Positions 41,025 to 51,004 of a stretch of DNA of 56,822 nucleotides are shown piece after piece. This DNA is from Pseudomonadota bacterium (lineage in GTDB: Bacteria; Pseudomonadota; Gammaproteobacteria; Diplorickettsiales; Diplorickettsiaceae). The translations under genes were made by a program, and so were the position numbers. The stretch spans positions 1 to 56,822 of the forward strand of contig JAZJZD010000001.1 of the NCBI GenBank assembly GCA_040390025.1. Direction: 5' to 3'. Position 1 is the first letter of the stretch, and every line of letters starts with the position of its first letter. Below the pieces are notes generated by a model. That model was not told where the DNA came from, did no database searches, and saw only the letters and a list, made by a program, of their open reading frames with translations.

Positions 41025-42419
41025 TTATTTTCCATTTTTGAGTTGTGGCATAAATCTACTTTCATTTATAATTGTAAGAAGGGCTGTTCCCTCTTCGATA
41101 ATTTTTCGAAAGGGAGCTGGATCAATAGGTATAAAAAAGTGTGATTTGGAAGTTGGTATACAAAAAATCTTTTTAATGCAGTTTAATAAACTGTTTAATA
41201 TTCCCATCAGTAAGTTACTTCTGTTTTGTTCTTTAGTTATAAGCTCCTTATTTATATGTTCTTTTAAATAATTTTCATAACTTACTTTAAAATCTTCAAT
41301 GGATTTACTTACTTCTTTCAAAAAAGCCTTGGCAGTTTTACTTCGTTCTTGTCTATAATTTAGGTTATCTAATTTCAATAGTGTATGAGTTATTTTAGAG
41401 AAATAGATGTTAGAAAGTGATTTAAGTTGTTTAGCCAGTAAATAGGTAGCATAGGCGGGTTCATCAGGTAATCCTTTCGCAATGTGATAAATAGATTCTA
41501 TTTTATTATCTATGGGATAACGTAATTTTTTTGTTGTGTTTAGTGCTTCTTTGATATAAGGGATGTGAATTAGCTCCAAGTTGTCAGTTATTGGAGTATT
41601 TGATTTCTCAGGATGCTGACACCAATAAGCGTTATTAAAATCTGTGAAGAAGTCTGAAAAAGGGTAATAAGCTATGCTAAAGATATTGTTAATAAGTAGT
41701 TGAATATTAGCGCCCCCTTTTTCCGGATAGAGACATTTTAATTTTTCATATAATTGCATATAGTTCAATGTATAGAGTGAATATTTAAACAGAGATAGCT
41801 TATTTTTTGTTAAATAATCTTCTTCTATATATTCCTCGGCCAAGCTGCCTATATAACCTTCAAATGCAGCCATTTCAGAATTTTGTGACTTTTCCAACGT
41901 GGGTTCTTCTACATGAAGAAAGTCATATTTACTAAGACTTGCATTTATAAATGTTTCTGTATCAAGCCTGTAGTTCGCTGCGTCTAAGCCTTTCATAAGA
42001 GGTTGTTCGTTTAGTAATTTTTTTATAATAGGTTTAAATACAAAGGGGTTCGGGAGATTTTCGAGTATTTCAATTTCAGAAGATACAGTTAAGCATTTCT
42101 GTTTTTCTTTTAAAATAAAATTTTTAAAATCTCTAACTTGATATTCAAATTCATCTATAACAAAAAGTAATTCTATGAATGTTTGTAAACTATGGGGCCA
42201 GGTTGCTATATGTTTATTAAATAGTTCCTCTATTTGATTAGTTAGTAAGGAAATGTCAATAGATTCACTTACGATAAAAAAAGATAGCTTAGCTCTGAAA
42301 TCAAGCAAAATGGCTTTAAATTTGTTCTGTAATGAACAAATATCTTTTACTTTACTTTTTAGACTTTTAGCCATAACTTTTACCTTTATAACTATTACTA
42401 TAGAGATAAACTTTAACAT
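41025..42419 (-). CDS. hypothetical protein (464 aa; likely start at internal MAKSL, ~42374), AT-rich orphan
   Basis: Long ORF with K/E/N-rich low-GC composition and no recognisable domain. Co-oriented with, and 43 bp downstream of, the APH-fold gene. Confidence 0.5.
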   Translation of the reverse strand: MLKFISIVIVIKVKVMAKSLKSKVKDICSLQNKFKAILLDFRAKLSFFIVSESIDISLLTNQIEELFNKHIATWPHSLQTFIELLFVIDEFEYQVRDFKNFILKEKQKCLTVSSEIEILENLPNPFVFKPIIKKLLNEQPLMKGLDAANYRLDTETFINASLSKYDFLHVEEPTLEKSQNSEMAAFEGYIGSLAEEYIEEDYLTKNKLSLFKYSLYTLNYMQLYEKLKCLYPEKGGANIQLLINNIFSIAYYPFSDFFTDFNNAYWCQHPEKSNTPITDNLELIHIPYIKEALNTTKKLRYPIDNKIESIYHIAKGLPDEPAYATYLLAKQLKSLSNIYFSKITHTLLKLDNLNYRQERSKTAKAFLKEVSKSIEDFKVSYENYLKEHINKELITKEQNRSNLLMGILNSLLNCIKKIFCIPTSKSHFFIPIDPAPFRKIIEEGTALLTIINESRFMPQLKNGK

Positions 42420-42450
42420 CTTTTCAGATGTTAATATCTGAAAAGATGTT
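42415..42450. promoter_or_regulatory. perfect 15-bp inverted repeat (AACATCTTTTCAGAT-GTTAAT-ATCTGAAAAGATGTT) in the 43-bp spacer between two AT-rich genes
   Basis: Directly read from the sequence. On the + strand it is followed by TTTTTATTAT, on the coding (-) strand by no U-tract. Confidence 0.5.
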
Positions 42451-42462
42451 TTTATTATAGTT

Positions 42463-43683
42463 TTATGTGTTTTTTAATTGGGTGCTATCAAGTATAGTAT
42501 TAGCCGCTGTGGGTAAGAACTCAGGGGGGGTAAAAAATAAACTTTGCTTAGGAAGGGTATAGTTTTCGATTTTAAACTGATCTAAATTGAGGTTTATAAG
42601 TGCCTGCAATGTTTTTTCATGAAAAGTGGCGATAGTTTTTTCGAGTAATATTTTTTTGTCGCCTTTTCTAAATTGAATTTCGAATCTAGCCCAAAATACA
42701 ATAGAAAGAAAATTTATTGGTATTAATAGTCGAATACGTTGTTTTAAATTTTCAATTTCTATTGCAGGTAGTGTAATGTTCCCAGCATGTTTGTAATGCT
42801 CGAGAAAGAGTATTCTACTTTCTTCGCTAAGGTCTGAAACACAGAATAAACGTGCTATATCGTAGGCAGGATCTTCCATACTGGATACTTCCCAATCTAT
42901 CAATTGAATCTTATTATTGAGCTCAATTAAATTGCCATGGTGTAGATCGCCGTGCGAAGGTTGTTCGGGTACCTCAAAACTGGCTAGAATAGCTTTAATG
43001 ATATTTATTTTATTCAAAATACCGTCATCTTCTTTTTTTAAAATAGTTTTTATTTTTTTAAAGCTTTCCGACGTATTATTTACAAATGCAAGTGGAGTTT
43101 CTAGATTTTTTTTAAATTTTTTCGTGCAATAGTGAAGTTTTTTTACTAGCTTAGCAGTGGCTATAATTTTCTTAGGATTTTTAAAATCATCTTGCGTTAA
43201 GGAGCGGTATTGTGGGATAAACTGTGTTATGAGTAGATTATGCTTAGAATAATAGCCTATTATTTCTAAGGGAGTAAAGTTTAAGGTATGCGCTATCTGT
43301 AGGTTGTAAACTTCGATCGATAAATTGCGTACCAGTGGATTAATAAGTTTTGGAAATCTTAAGACTAAATCATCAATTTGATAAGTTTGATTAGAATAGC
43401 CGCCTATTATTTTAATAAATTTTTCAAAATTTCTGTTAAGTTTCCAATCTAGCAATTGCATGAAGAGTTTTTTATTGAGTAACTTCTCTTCTATTTCTTT
43501 TTCTCTTCCCAAATCCAGGAGCGCTGTATGGAGTTGTTTTTTCTGTGCTATGGAAAAGTGGGGCGGGGGTAAATTTGTTAGCATATAAGTCCTTTTAATT
43601 GTAGTTAAATTTTTTAAACATGGGGCTTTCTGCCGCATAAGATAAGAAGCGGTTTCCCCAGCTACGTTAGGATGTGTCGTCAT
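42463..43683 (-). CDS. phosphotransferase-fold protein (APH/choline-ethanolamine kinase/CotS family), 406 aa, AT-rich
   Basis: Catalytic loop HGDLHHGNLI, metal-binding IDWE and C-terminal DPAYDIARLF, which is the Brenner motif arrangement of PF01636-type kinases. Confidence 0.65.
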   Translation of the reverse strand: MTTHPNVAGETASYLMRQKAPCLKNLTTIKRTYMLTNLPPPHFSIAQKKQLHTALLDLGREKEIEEKLLNKKLFMQLLDWKLNRNFEKFIKIIGGYSNQTYQIDDLVLRFPKLINPLVRNLSIEVYNLQIAHTLNFTPLEIIGYYSKHNLLITQFIPQYRSLTQDDFKNPKKIIATAKLVKKLHYCTKKFKKNLETPLAFVNNTSESFKKIKTILKKEDDGILNKINIIKAILASFEVPEQPSHGDLHHGNLIELNNKIQLIDWEVSSMEDPAYDIARLFCVSDLSEESRILFLEHYKHAGNITLPAIEIENLKQRIRLLIPINFLSIVFWARFEIQFRKGDKKILLEKTIATFHEKTLQALINLNLDQFKIENYTLPKQSLFFTPPEFLPTAANTILDSTQLKNT

Positions 43684-44036
43684 TTGGCACGATGATGGTC
43701 ATAAACCGTGGTATTTTCTGTCGTTGCCCACATATCTCAAGTCTCAAGTATGCTCCGTTACGATACTCGAAAAATCACGCTTTCTGTCTCATCCTTGCTA
43801 AACGACGACACCCTAGTTTAAATGGGGTAATTTTAAGCGGAGTTATTAAGTTTTAAAATTAGATTTTCTAGCCTAACACACTATTTTTGTCTATATCTGG
43901 TAAAATACAGCGATTGACTAACTGCATTAAACTTAGGAAAATCGCAACATAGCGAGTTGTAGGCCAATTATTAGCAATTCTCTCGTGCGTCTTTTCCCTT
44001 ATTTTTCTGAACCAATTAAAGAATAGATAGTAAAAT

Positions 44037-44546
44037 ATGGCGATACATACCATTATCCATCTCCCTGATGAGCGTTTACGCATGCCTACCGAGCCAATTA
44101 CTGTTTTTGACACGAGTTTACAACGGTTGATTGATGATATGTTTGAAACGATGTATGCCGCCAAAGGTATTGGTTTAGCTGCGCCTCAAATTGCAATTAA
44201 TAAAAAGCTGGCGGTTATTGATGTTTCTGAGAATAAATCCTCAACGTTATGTTTAATTAACCCCAAGATTATTGAGAAGAAAGGTGAAGCGCCTATGGAA
44301 GAAGGGTGTTTATCAGTCCCTGGCGTTTATGATAAAGCGCCCCGAGCGCTATGGGTTAAATTATCTGCGCTTGATAGGCATGGAGAGCGGTATGAGATTG
44401 AGGCAGAAGGCTTATTGGCGCACTGTATCCAACATGAAGTCGATCATCTGAATGGAAAACTATTTGTGGATTATTTGTCGTCACTCAAACGCCAATTAGC
44501 ACGTAAAAAATTAGAAAAAATAAAAAAAAGACAGGCTAAATCTTGA
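44037..44546 (+). CDS. def: peptide deformylase
   Basis: Motifs GIGLAAPQ, EGCLS, HEVDHL. Confidence 0.95.
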   Translation: MAIHTIIHLPDERLRMPTEPITVFDTSLQRLIDDMFETMYAAKGIGLAAPQIAINKKLAVIDVSENKSSTLCLINPKIIEKKGEAPMEEGCLSVPGVYDKAPRALWVKLSALDRHGERYEIEAEGLLAHCIQHEVDHLNGKLFVDYLSSLKRQLARKKLEKIKKRQAKS

Positions 44547-45490
44547 ATATAATTTTTGCCGGCACACCTGAATTTGCTTTACCTAGTTTGCAAGCTTTAC
44601 TTGCCTCGGAACATAAAGTAATAGCTGTTTATACGCAGCCTGATCGGCCAAAAGGCCGTGGGCGCCGTGTAGTAATGAGTCCTGTCAAACAGCTTGCTCT
44701 AGAAAAAAATATTCCTGTTTGTCAGCCCTTGACCTTGCGTGATGTCAAGGTACAAGAAAAGCTAGCACAATGGCAGCCAGATTTAATGATAGTGGTTGCC
44801 TATGGTCTTATTCTTCCACCGGCTGTTTTAGCGATTCCTCGTTGGGGATGCATCAATGTTCATGCTTCTTTATTGCCGCGATGGCGTGGTGCGGCGCCAA
44901 TTCAACGTGCTATTTTGGCGGGTGACAAAGAAACAGGTATTAGTATTATGCAAATGGATGAAGGTTTGGATACTGGTGGGATTTTGGAGTTAGCTTCTTG
45001 TGAGGTAGAAAAGACAGACACCAGTCAAACTTTACAAGCTCGCTTAGCTAAACTGGGTGCTCAAACATTATTAACAAGTTTGAACACACTGCAAAAAGGA
45101 AATTATCAATTACAAGTACAAAATGAGCATGAAGCTACCTATGCGAAGAAGGTAGATAAAGTAGAAGCAGAAATTGATTGGAAAAAAAATGCTGAGGTTA
45201 TCGAAAGAATGGTCCGAGCATTTAATCCTAAGCTTATTGCTTATACTTTTTTAGACCAGCTTTTATTGCGTATTTGGGCAATATCAATTTTAGACCAAAC
45301 GTCTACAAGTACACCTGGCATTATTTTGAATGTATCGCCCCAAGGGATTGATGTGATGACAGGTGCTGGCGTAGTGCGTTTATTGCAACTTCAATTACCC
45401 GGTGGAAAGTGTTTACCGGTTGCTGATTTGCTTCATTCAAAATCTCATTTATTTCGTGTAGGTACGATTTTGGGCCGAGAACATGAATAA
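44543..45490 (+). CDS. fmt: methionyl-tRNA formyltransferase
   Basis: N-terminal IIFAGTPEFA, SLLPRWRGAAPIQ formyltransferase motif. Overlaps def by 4 bp. Confidence 0.95.
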   Translation: MNIIFAGTPEFALPSLQALLASEHKVIAVYTQPDRPKGRGRRVVMSPVKQLALEKNIPVCQPLTLRDVKVQEKLAQWQPDLMIVVAYGLILPPAVLAIPRWGCINVHASLLPRWRGAAPIQRAILAGDKETGISIMQMDEGLDTGGILELASCEVEKTDTSQTLQARLAKLGAQTLLTSLNTLQKGNYQLQVQNEHEATYAKKVDKVEAEIDWKKNAEVIERMVRAFNPKLIAYTFLDQLLLRIWAISILDQTSTSTPGIILNVSPQGIDVMTGAGVVRLLQLQLPGGKCLPVADLLHSKSHLFRVGTILGREHE

Positions 45491-46793
45491 TTCTCGAGCA
45501 ATCGCCGCGCAAATAATCGCGCGTGTATTAACAAAAGGCGCCTCTTTAACGGATTCTTTTGCGGAAAGTCTGCCTAGCAAAATTGATTCTCGAGATAGGG
45601 GGTTTATCCAAGAATTATGTTATGGCGTGATACGTTGGTATGAGCCTTTAAAAAAACTCTGTGCTTATTTATTAAAAAAACCATTAAAGTCTAATGATCA
45701 AGATATTTATGCTTTATTGCTGATCGGGCTTTATCAGTTTATTTATTTAAAAACAGCCGATTACGCGGCAATTAATGAAACAGTCCAGGCAGCAAAGGCC
45801 CTTAAAAAAAATTGGGCGGCAGCGCTTATTAACGGGATACTGAGATCGTTTCAGCGCCAACAAGGCACATTGTTAAAAAAGCTTTCTGTGGAAGTCCAGT
45901 ATGCACATCCACATTGGCTCCTAAAGAAGCTACAGCAAGCTTGGCCGGAAAACTGGCAGGCTATCGTAGACGCTAATAACCAAGCGCCTACAATGAGCTT
46001 GCGGGTTAATCAATTACGAGGCTCACGAGATAATTATCTACAAAAGCTTAAGGAGAAAGCGATAGCGGCTGAACCCAGTCTTTTTAGCGAAGTAGGTATA
46101 CTACTTATTAATGAGAAGTGTAGCGTATATGAGTTGCCAGGTTTTATGGAAGGCGAGGTCTCTATACAAGATACAGCAGCACAATTAGCGGCTTTTTTAT
46201 TGACGTTGAAGCCTAATCAAAATGTGTTGGATGCCTGTGCAGCACCGGGTGGAAAGTTCGCACATATTTTAGAAACGCAGCCAGATTTATTGAGTTGTGT
46301 GGCGGTCGATCACGATAACGATCGTTTAAGCAAGATAGTAGAAAATCTAGAACGTTTGAAATTAGGTAGTGAAAAAAATTTGCAGTTGATTTGTGCAGAT
46401 GCACAGGAGTTTAAAAACAGTTGGCAAGGCGAGCAATTTGATAGCATCTTACTAGATGCGCCTTGTTCGGGAACTGGTGTCATTAGTAGACATCCTGATA
46501 TTAAGCTATTACGGAGAGAACAGGATATTCCTAAGCTTGCTAAGCGACAACTTGAGCTTTTGTTGGGACTTTGGCCGCTACTCAAGCCTAAGGGTATTTT
46601 ACTTTATGCGACGTGTTCCGTATTACCCGAAGAGAATCAGGATGTAATTCATCGGTTTTTATCACAACAATCCGATGCTAGAGAAGATATTATTGATGCC
46701 GAATGGGGTGTTGCTTGTCGAGTCGGTCGACAAATTTTTCCTACAGCGCGAAGTAATGATGGATTTTACTATGCGAGAATACTAAAAAAATAG
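45483..46793 (+). CDS. rsmB: 16S rRNA (cytosine967-C5)-methyltransferase
   Basis: NusB-like N-domain plus SAM MTase with DAPCSGTG and the catalytic C in ATCS. def-fmt-rsmB synteny. Confidence 0.9.
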   Translation: MNNSRAIAAQIIARVLTKGASLTDSFAESLPSKIDSRDRGFIQELCYGVIRWYEPLKKLCAYLLKKPLKSNDQDIYALLLIGLYQFIYLKTADYAAINETVQAAKALKKNWAAALINGILRSFQRQQGTLLKKLSVEVQYAHPHWLLKKLQQAWPENWQAIVDANNQAPTMSLRVNQLRGSRDNYLQKLKEKAIAAEPSLFSEVGILLINEKCSVYELPGFMEGEVSIQDTAAQLAAFLLTLKPNQNVLDACAAPGGKFAHILETQPDLLSCVAVDHDNDRLSKIVENLERLKLGSEKNLQLICADAQEFKNSWQGEQFDSILLDAPCSGTGVISRHPDIKLLRREQDIPKLAKRQLELLLGLWPLLKPKGILLYATCSVLPEENQDVIHRFLSQQSDAREDIIDAEWGVACRVGRQIFPTARSNDGFYYARILKK

Positions 46794-46801
46794 AGTCATT
46801 T

Positions 46802-47329
46802 ATGAAAAAAATAAAATCGTTTTTTTGTTGTTTGTTTTTTATGAGTCCATTTTTACTTTCTGCTTGTGCGACGAATACGAATCAACAAGCTAAAGCGTTG
46901 TGCGCTACTAAGATTAAAAAAGATGAAAAAAATAAGCATAAAAAAAACATACCACCTAGACTTGTTCAAGTGATCCAAAGTCCGGAACGTCTGCGAGTTA
47001 TTCTCTATAGCGATGTTTGCTTTCAATCTGATGGACAGTTAACAGCGCAATGTGCGAACCAGCTTAGTAATACAATGAAAACGATCAAACGATATGGCGA
47101 TGGTCTTATCCAAGTAGTGGGTTATACCGATGATATCTATGATTCGCAAACGGCAGAAAAGCTATCGCAGCGTCAAGCGGATACTGTGGTCGCTTTTTTA
47201 TGGTCAAAAGGGATTGGATCGCAACGTTTGCGCGCAGTAGGCTTTGCTGCTCATGATCCTATTGCCAGCGATCGTAGCGTCAACGCCAGCGCCGCCAATC
47301 GACGCGTAGAGATTACGTTAGTGAGATAA
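46802..47329 (+). CDS. OmpA-family lipoprotein (peptidoglycan-associated C-terminal domain)
   Basis: Signal + lipobox (LLSAC), C-terminal OmpA-like domain VVGYTDD...NRRVEI. Confidence 0.8.
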   Translation: MKKIKSFFCCLFFMSPFLLSACATNTNQQAKALCATKIKKDEKNKHKKNIPPRLVQVIQSPERLRVILYSDVCFQSDGQLTAQCANQLSNTMKTIKRYGDGLIQVVGYTDDIYDSQTAEKLSQRQADTVVAFLWSKGIGSQRLRAVGFAAHDPIASDRSVNASAANRRVEITLVR

Positions 47330-47346
47330 GAGCCAATCTTTTATTG

Positions 47347-47433
47347 CATTTTAAAAAGTATTGATGAATTGGTTTGGGTTCTATCGCCTATCTCGTGCTA
47401 CCCCGTATTTATTATCAATACTTTTTAAAAATG
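47347..47433. terminator. long inverted repeat (19-20-bp arms CATTTTAAAAAGTATTGAT / ATCAATACTTTTTAAAAATG, ~48-nt loop) between convergent genes
   Basis: Arms are exact reverse complements apart from one extra A. Sits in the 128-bp gap between the OmpA-like gene and the GIN-domain gene. Confidence 0.45.
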
Positions 47434-47457
47434 TAGTAAATTAAGTTATTGCAAAGC

Positions 47458-48351
47458 CTAGTTAGCGAGTACCAAACCTGTAGTTTGATTAAAACTATTC
47501 AGAAATTTTACAGGCTTAGAATAATAAATGACGCTATCATCCTTAGCGAGCGCATTTAACTTATTTCTAATAGTAATTTCAGCGTGTGCTTGATTTTGTG
47601 TTTCAATAAACCCATTATCTGCGCGTAGTGATTTGGCGAATAAAAAAGCGCTTTGCATTAAATGGATATCTAATGTTTTCACAATTCCGGCAAGAAGAAT
47701 CTTTCCTGTGCCAGCCGCATTTATTTTCAGGTAGGGACTATTTACCCAGTAAAGCATTAAGTTTCCATTGCCTGTTAAATTAATCATTTGTAGTGCGGCT
47801 TCACCTTCTAGTTTAATTTTCCCTTCATTTTTACCCTGGATGATCAGATTTGTACTATGAATATGGTGGAGCGTGATGTTGGTTTTTCCATTTACAGAGA
47901 GTAATTTTAAGTTTAATTGATTCGTACAAAGCTTGATAGAACCATTTCCTTGGGTCATAAGTGATAAAGAGCCCGCTAGTCCTTTTCCGGATAAACTGCC
48001 ATTACTATTAAAGCGAATTTGATTGAGTTGGGTAGGTGTTATGTTTACCTTAATGGTTAAACGATCTCCATAGTGTGGCCAATAATTCCATTTGGTTTCT
48101 AGGTAAAGCGTTTGGCTTTTTATTTTCCAGGTGACTGCGGAAACTGTTTTAGGGTCGCCAAAAAGTTGTAATGTGGGAACTGTAGAGGCTGTTGGAGCAG
48201 CGTTGATGTATACATTCACCGGACCTTGGATAGCTAACGCCGAAAAATAGGGAGTAGCCACATTCTTGCTTACTAAAGGGTTAGAAGCTGTTTGTGCGAT
48301 TATGGGGGTGGAAAAGCAAAGGATAGTAAGCGCATAATAGGCTAATCTCAT
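47458..48351 (-). CDS. secreted beta-rich protein, DUF2807/GIN (putative auto-transporter adhesin head) domain-like
   Basis: Signal peptide MRLAYYALTILCFSTPIIA. Repeated G-x-G-x-[IL]-x-L strand pattern (GNGSIKL, GNGNLML, GTGKILL, GKTNITL). Confidence 0.55.
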   Translation of the reverse strand: MRLAYYALTILCFSTPIIAQTASNPLVSKNVATPYFSALAIQGPVNVYINAAPTASTVPTLQLFGDPKTVSAVTWKIKSQTLYLETKWNYWPHYGDRLTIKVNITPTQLNQIRFNSNGSLSGKGLAGSLSLMTQGNGSIKLCTNQLNLKLLSVNGKTNITLHHIHSTNLIIQGKNEGKIKLEGEAALQMINLTGNGNLMLYWVNSPYLKINAAGTGKILLAGIVKTLDIHLMQSAFLFAKSLRADNGFIETQNQAHAEITIRNKLNALAKDDSVIYYSKPVKFLNSFNQTTGLVLAN

Positions 48352-48500
48352 AGATTATTCTCTTTTTATTATTCTGCAAGCATAGTACCCTTCCCGCAAA
48401 TTTTTTTCTAGGTAGGGCGTATTTATCATCCCCAGCTATATTTTTCCTTAAGGTTATTAGGTTATAATCGCAAGTTATTGCGCCCATTGATTGAGTACTT

Positions 48501-50264
48501 ATGAAGCCTATAATCCAACAAGAAATCAAATCAGCTTTAGAGGCGCAAGAAGAAATTTCTTTGTTATCCCCTTTAAATATTGAAATAGATTATGCGCGGG
48601 ATAAATCACATGGGGATTTCTCGAGTAATATTGCGTTAGTTCTTGCTAAATCTTTAAGAAAACAACCGCGACAACTTGCGGAGCGGATAATAGCAAGCAT
48701 AGATTGTTCTAAATCGACTTCAATAATAGAAAAAGTTGAAATAGCGGGACCAGGGTTTATTAACTTTTTTGTGAAGAAAACGGCTTGGGTTCCGATCGTT
48801 AGTCGGATATTAACAGAAGAAAAGCAATTTGGTGCGTCCAAAATAGGCAAAGGTGAATCTCTATTAGTAGAATTTGTTTCGGCTAATCCTACCGGCCCTT
48901 TACATGTAGGGCATGGACGAGGCGCTGCTTACGGTGATTCCTTAGTTAGATTGTTGAAAATAGCAGGCTATCAAGTCCATGCAGAATATTATGTCAATGA
49001 TGCTGGCCGGCAAATGGATATTTTGGCTACCAGTGTTTGGTTGCGGTATTTAGAAGCTTGTGGTGAAGTTTTAGTTTTTCCGAGTAATGCTTATAAAGGG
49101 GCTTATATACGTGATATTGTTGAACAACTTGTTTTGCAGTATAAAAAACAGTTTTGTAGACCGGCTTCAGAGGTATTTGCAGATATTCCTCTTGATGAGC
49201 CACAAGGTGGTGACAAAGAGAAACACATTGATGGGCTGATTAACAAAGCCAAAGTTTTGTTGGGCGCTAGCGATTATCAAAAGCTATTTGATGCAAGTTT
49301 AAAAGATATTCTAAACGATATAAAAGACGACCTTAATGATTTTAGAGTTAATTTTGATGAATGGTTCTCAGAACGTAGCTTATTTAAAACAGGTTTTGTC
49401 GAAAAAACAATTGAACGGTTAAAACTAAGTGGTCATACCTATGAACAAAATGGCGCGCTATGGTTTAAATCAACGGAATTTGGCGATGATAAGGATCGGG
49501 TACTGATCCGAGAAAATGGTCAAGCCACTTATTTTGCTGCAGATGCGGCATATCGGCTTATTATTTTAGAAGATCGAGGTTTTAAAAAAATTGTTAATAT
49601 ATTAGGCGCGGATCATCATGGCTATATTGCTAGAATTCGTGCTGTTATTCAGGCCTTAGGTTACCCCGCGCACAGTTTAACCGCATTATTGGTTCAATTT
49701 GCTATCCTTTATAGAGGCGAAGAAAAAATACAAATGTCTACGCGTAGCGGAGAATTTATTACTTTACGCGAATTACGTGAGGAAGTGGGTAATGATGCAG
49801 CGCGGTTTTTTTATGTATTGCGTCGAGCAGAACAACATATGGATTTTGATTTGGAACTTGCAAAAAAACAATCGAATGCGAATCCCGTTTATTATGTACA
49901 GTATGCTTATGCGCGTATCTGTAGTGTGTTTCGTCAGCTTAAAGCAAAACAATTGAATTGGGATAAAGCCGTTGGTATAGCTTCACTTAACCAGTTGCAA
50001 GAAGAACAAGAACTCGATTTATTAATTTTATTAAACCGTTACCCGGAGATGTTAGAGCAAGCCGCTAATTATCATGAGCCCCATATCGTTGCCCATTACT
50101 TGCGAGATTTAGCACAAGCATTTCACTCTTACTACAATCAATATGTTTTTTTAGTAGAGGCCGAGGATTTGCGAAATGCGCGATTAAATTTAATAGCGGC
50201 TATTCAGCAAGTGATAGAAAATGGTTTAGCTTTACTGGGTGTAGAGACATTGGAAGTGATGTAA
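48501..50264 (+). CDS. argS: arginyl-tRNA synthetase
   Basis: Class I HIGH-type motif PTGPLHVGHGRGA and C-terminal DALR anticodon-binding domain. 587 aa. Confidence 0.95.
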   Translation: MKPIIQQEIKSALEAQEEISLLSPLNIEIDYARDKSHGDFSSNIALVLAKSLRKQPRQLAERIIASIDCSKSTSIIEKVEIAGPGFINFFVKKTAWVPIVSRILTEEKQFGASKIGKGESLLVEFVSANPTGPLHVGHGRGAAYGDSLVRLLKIAGYQVHAEYYVNDAGRQMDILATSVWLRYLEACGEVLVFPSNAYKGAYIRDIVEQLVLQYKKQFCRPASEVFADIPLDEPQGGDKEKHIDGLINKAKVLLGASDYQKLFDASLKDILNDIKDDLNDFRVNFDEWFSERSLFKTGFVEKTIERLKLSGHTYEQNGALWFKSTEFGDDKDRVLIRENGQATYFAADAAYRLIILEDRGFKKIVNILGADHHGYIARIRAVIQALGYPAHSLTALLVQFAILYRGEEKIQMSTRSGEFITLRELREEVGNDAARFFYVLRRAEQHMDFDLELAKKQSNANPVYYVQYAYARICSVFRQLKAKQLNWDKAVGIASLNQLQEEQELDLLILLNRYPEMLEQAANYHEPHIVAHYLRDLAQAFHSYYNQYVFLVEAEDLRNARLNLIAAIQQVIENGLALLGVETLEVM

Positions 50265-50935
50265 TGGCAAAGGATTACGCTAAATACGCGACTTATCGAA
50301 AATCGCGCTCCTATCGTAGTCGCTTTTGGATAATATTGATTTTAGTAATGGGTTTGCTTCTTCTTGGATGCGGGATCTTTTTTATGAAGTCTCATTCTAA
50401 ACAGGAAGCGCGACGAACTGAAGATAAGTTGAAGCAAAAGTTATTAGAATCCCCTGCGCCTAAGCCACCCGAACCAGAATTTGATTTCTACAATATATTG
50501 CCACAAGATAATTTAACGCTATCTCCTCAATCAGCGGATAACGTTACGCTTTCTTCTGTGCGGCCGAATATAGCAGAAGCCAGCTCGATTTCTCCCTCTC
50601 ATTTAAAAAAACCATTAGATAGCCTGCTTAGTACTACACCCGAGCAAGTTGCAATAGCGGAAGCTAAAAAGCAGTTGGACCAAGAGATGAACCAATTAAA
50701 TAATGCGACTTATACCCTGATATTAGGAGACTTCCAAACTGTTTCGCAAGCCGAACAATACCAAGCTCAAGCACTTTTAAGGGGATTTTCAGTGCAAAGT
50801 AGATTAAATAAGGCTAATGGGATAATTAGTTATCAAGTGTTCATGGGTCCCTATTCAGAGTTATCACTTGTCAGGCAGGAACAAAAACGTTTAAATGCAG
50901 CTGGAATGGCTGCGGTTTTACTTAAATCGAAATAA
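50264..50935 (+). CDS. ftsN: SPOR-domain cell-division protein, FtsN-like
   Basis: Short basic N-terminus, single TM (FWIILILVMGLLLLGCGIFF), P-rich linker, C-terminal SPOR domain (YTLILGDFQTVSQAEQYQAQ...). Located immediately upstream of hslVU as ftsN is in E. coli. Confidence 0.6.
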   Translation: MAKDYAKYATYRKSRSYRSRFWIILILVMGLLLLGCGIFFMKSHSKQEARRTEDKLKQKLLESPAPKPPEPEFDFYNILPQDNLTLSPQSADNVTLSSVRPNIAEASSISPSHLKKPLDSLLSTTPEQVAIAEAKKQLDQEMNQLNNATYTLILGDFQTVSQAEQYQAQALLRGFSVQSRLNKANGIISYQVFMGPYSELSLVRQEQKRLNAAGMAAVLLKSK

Positions 50936-51004
50936 ACCCTCTATTTTACAGAAAGACTTGAAGGTCACTATCTTAAAGGATAGTTTCTAGAATGTTAACA
51001 GGGG

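Noticed and set aside
43868-44164. 98-aa minus-strand ORF overlapping the def start
   Set aside because: It overlaps the conserved def N-terminus in antisense, is a hydrophobic low-complexity translation, and has no RBS or motif.
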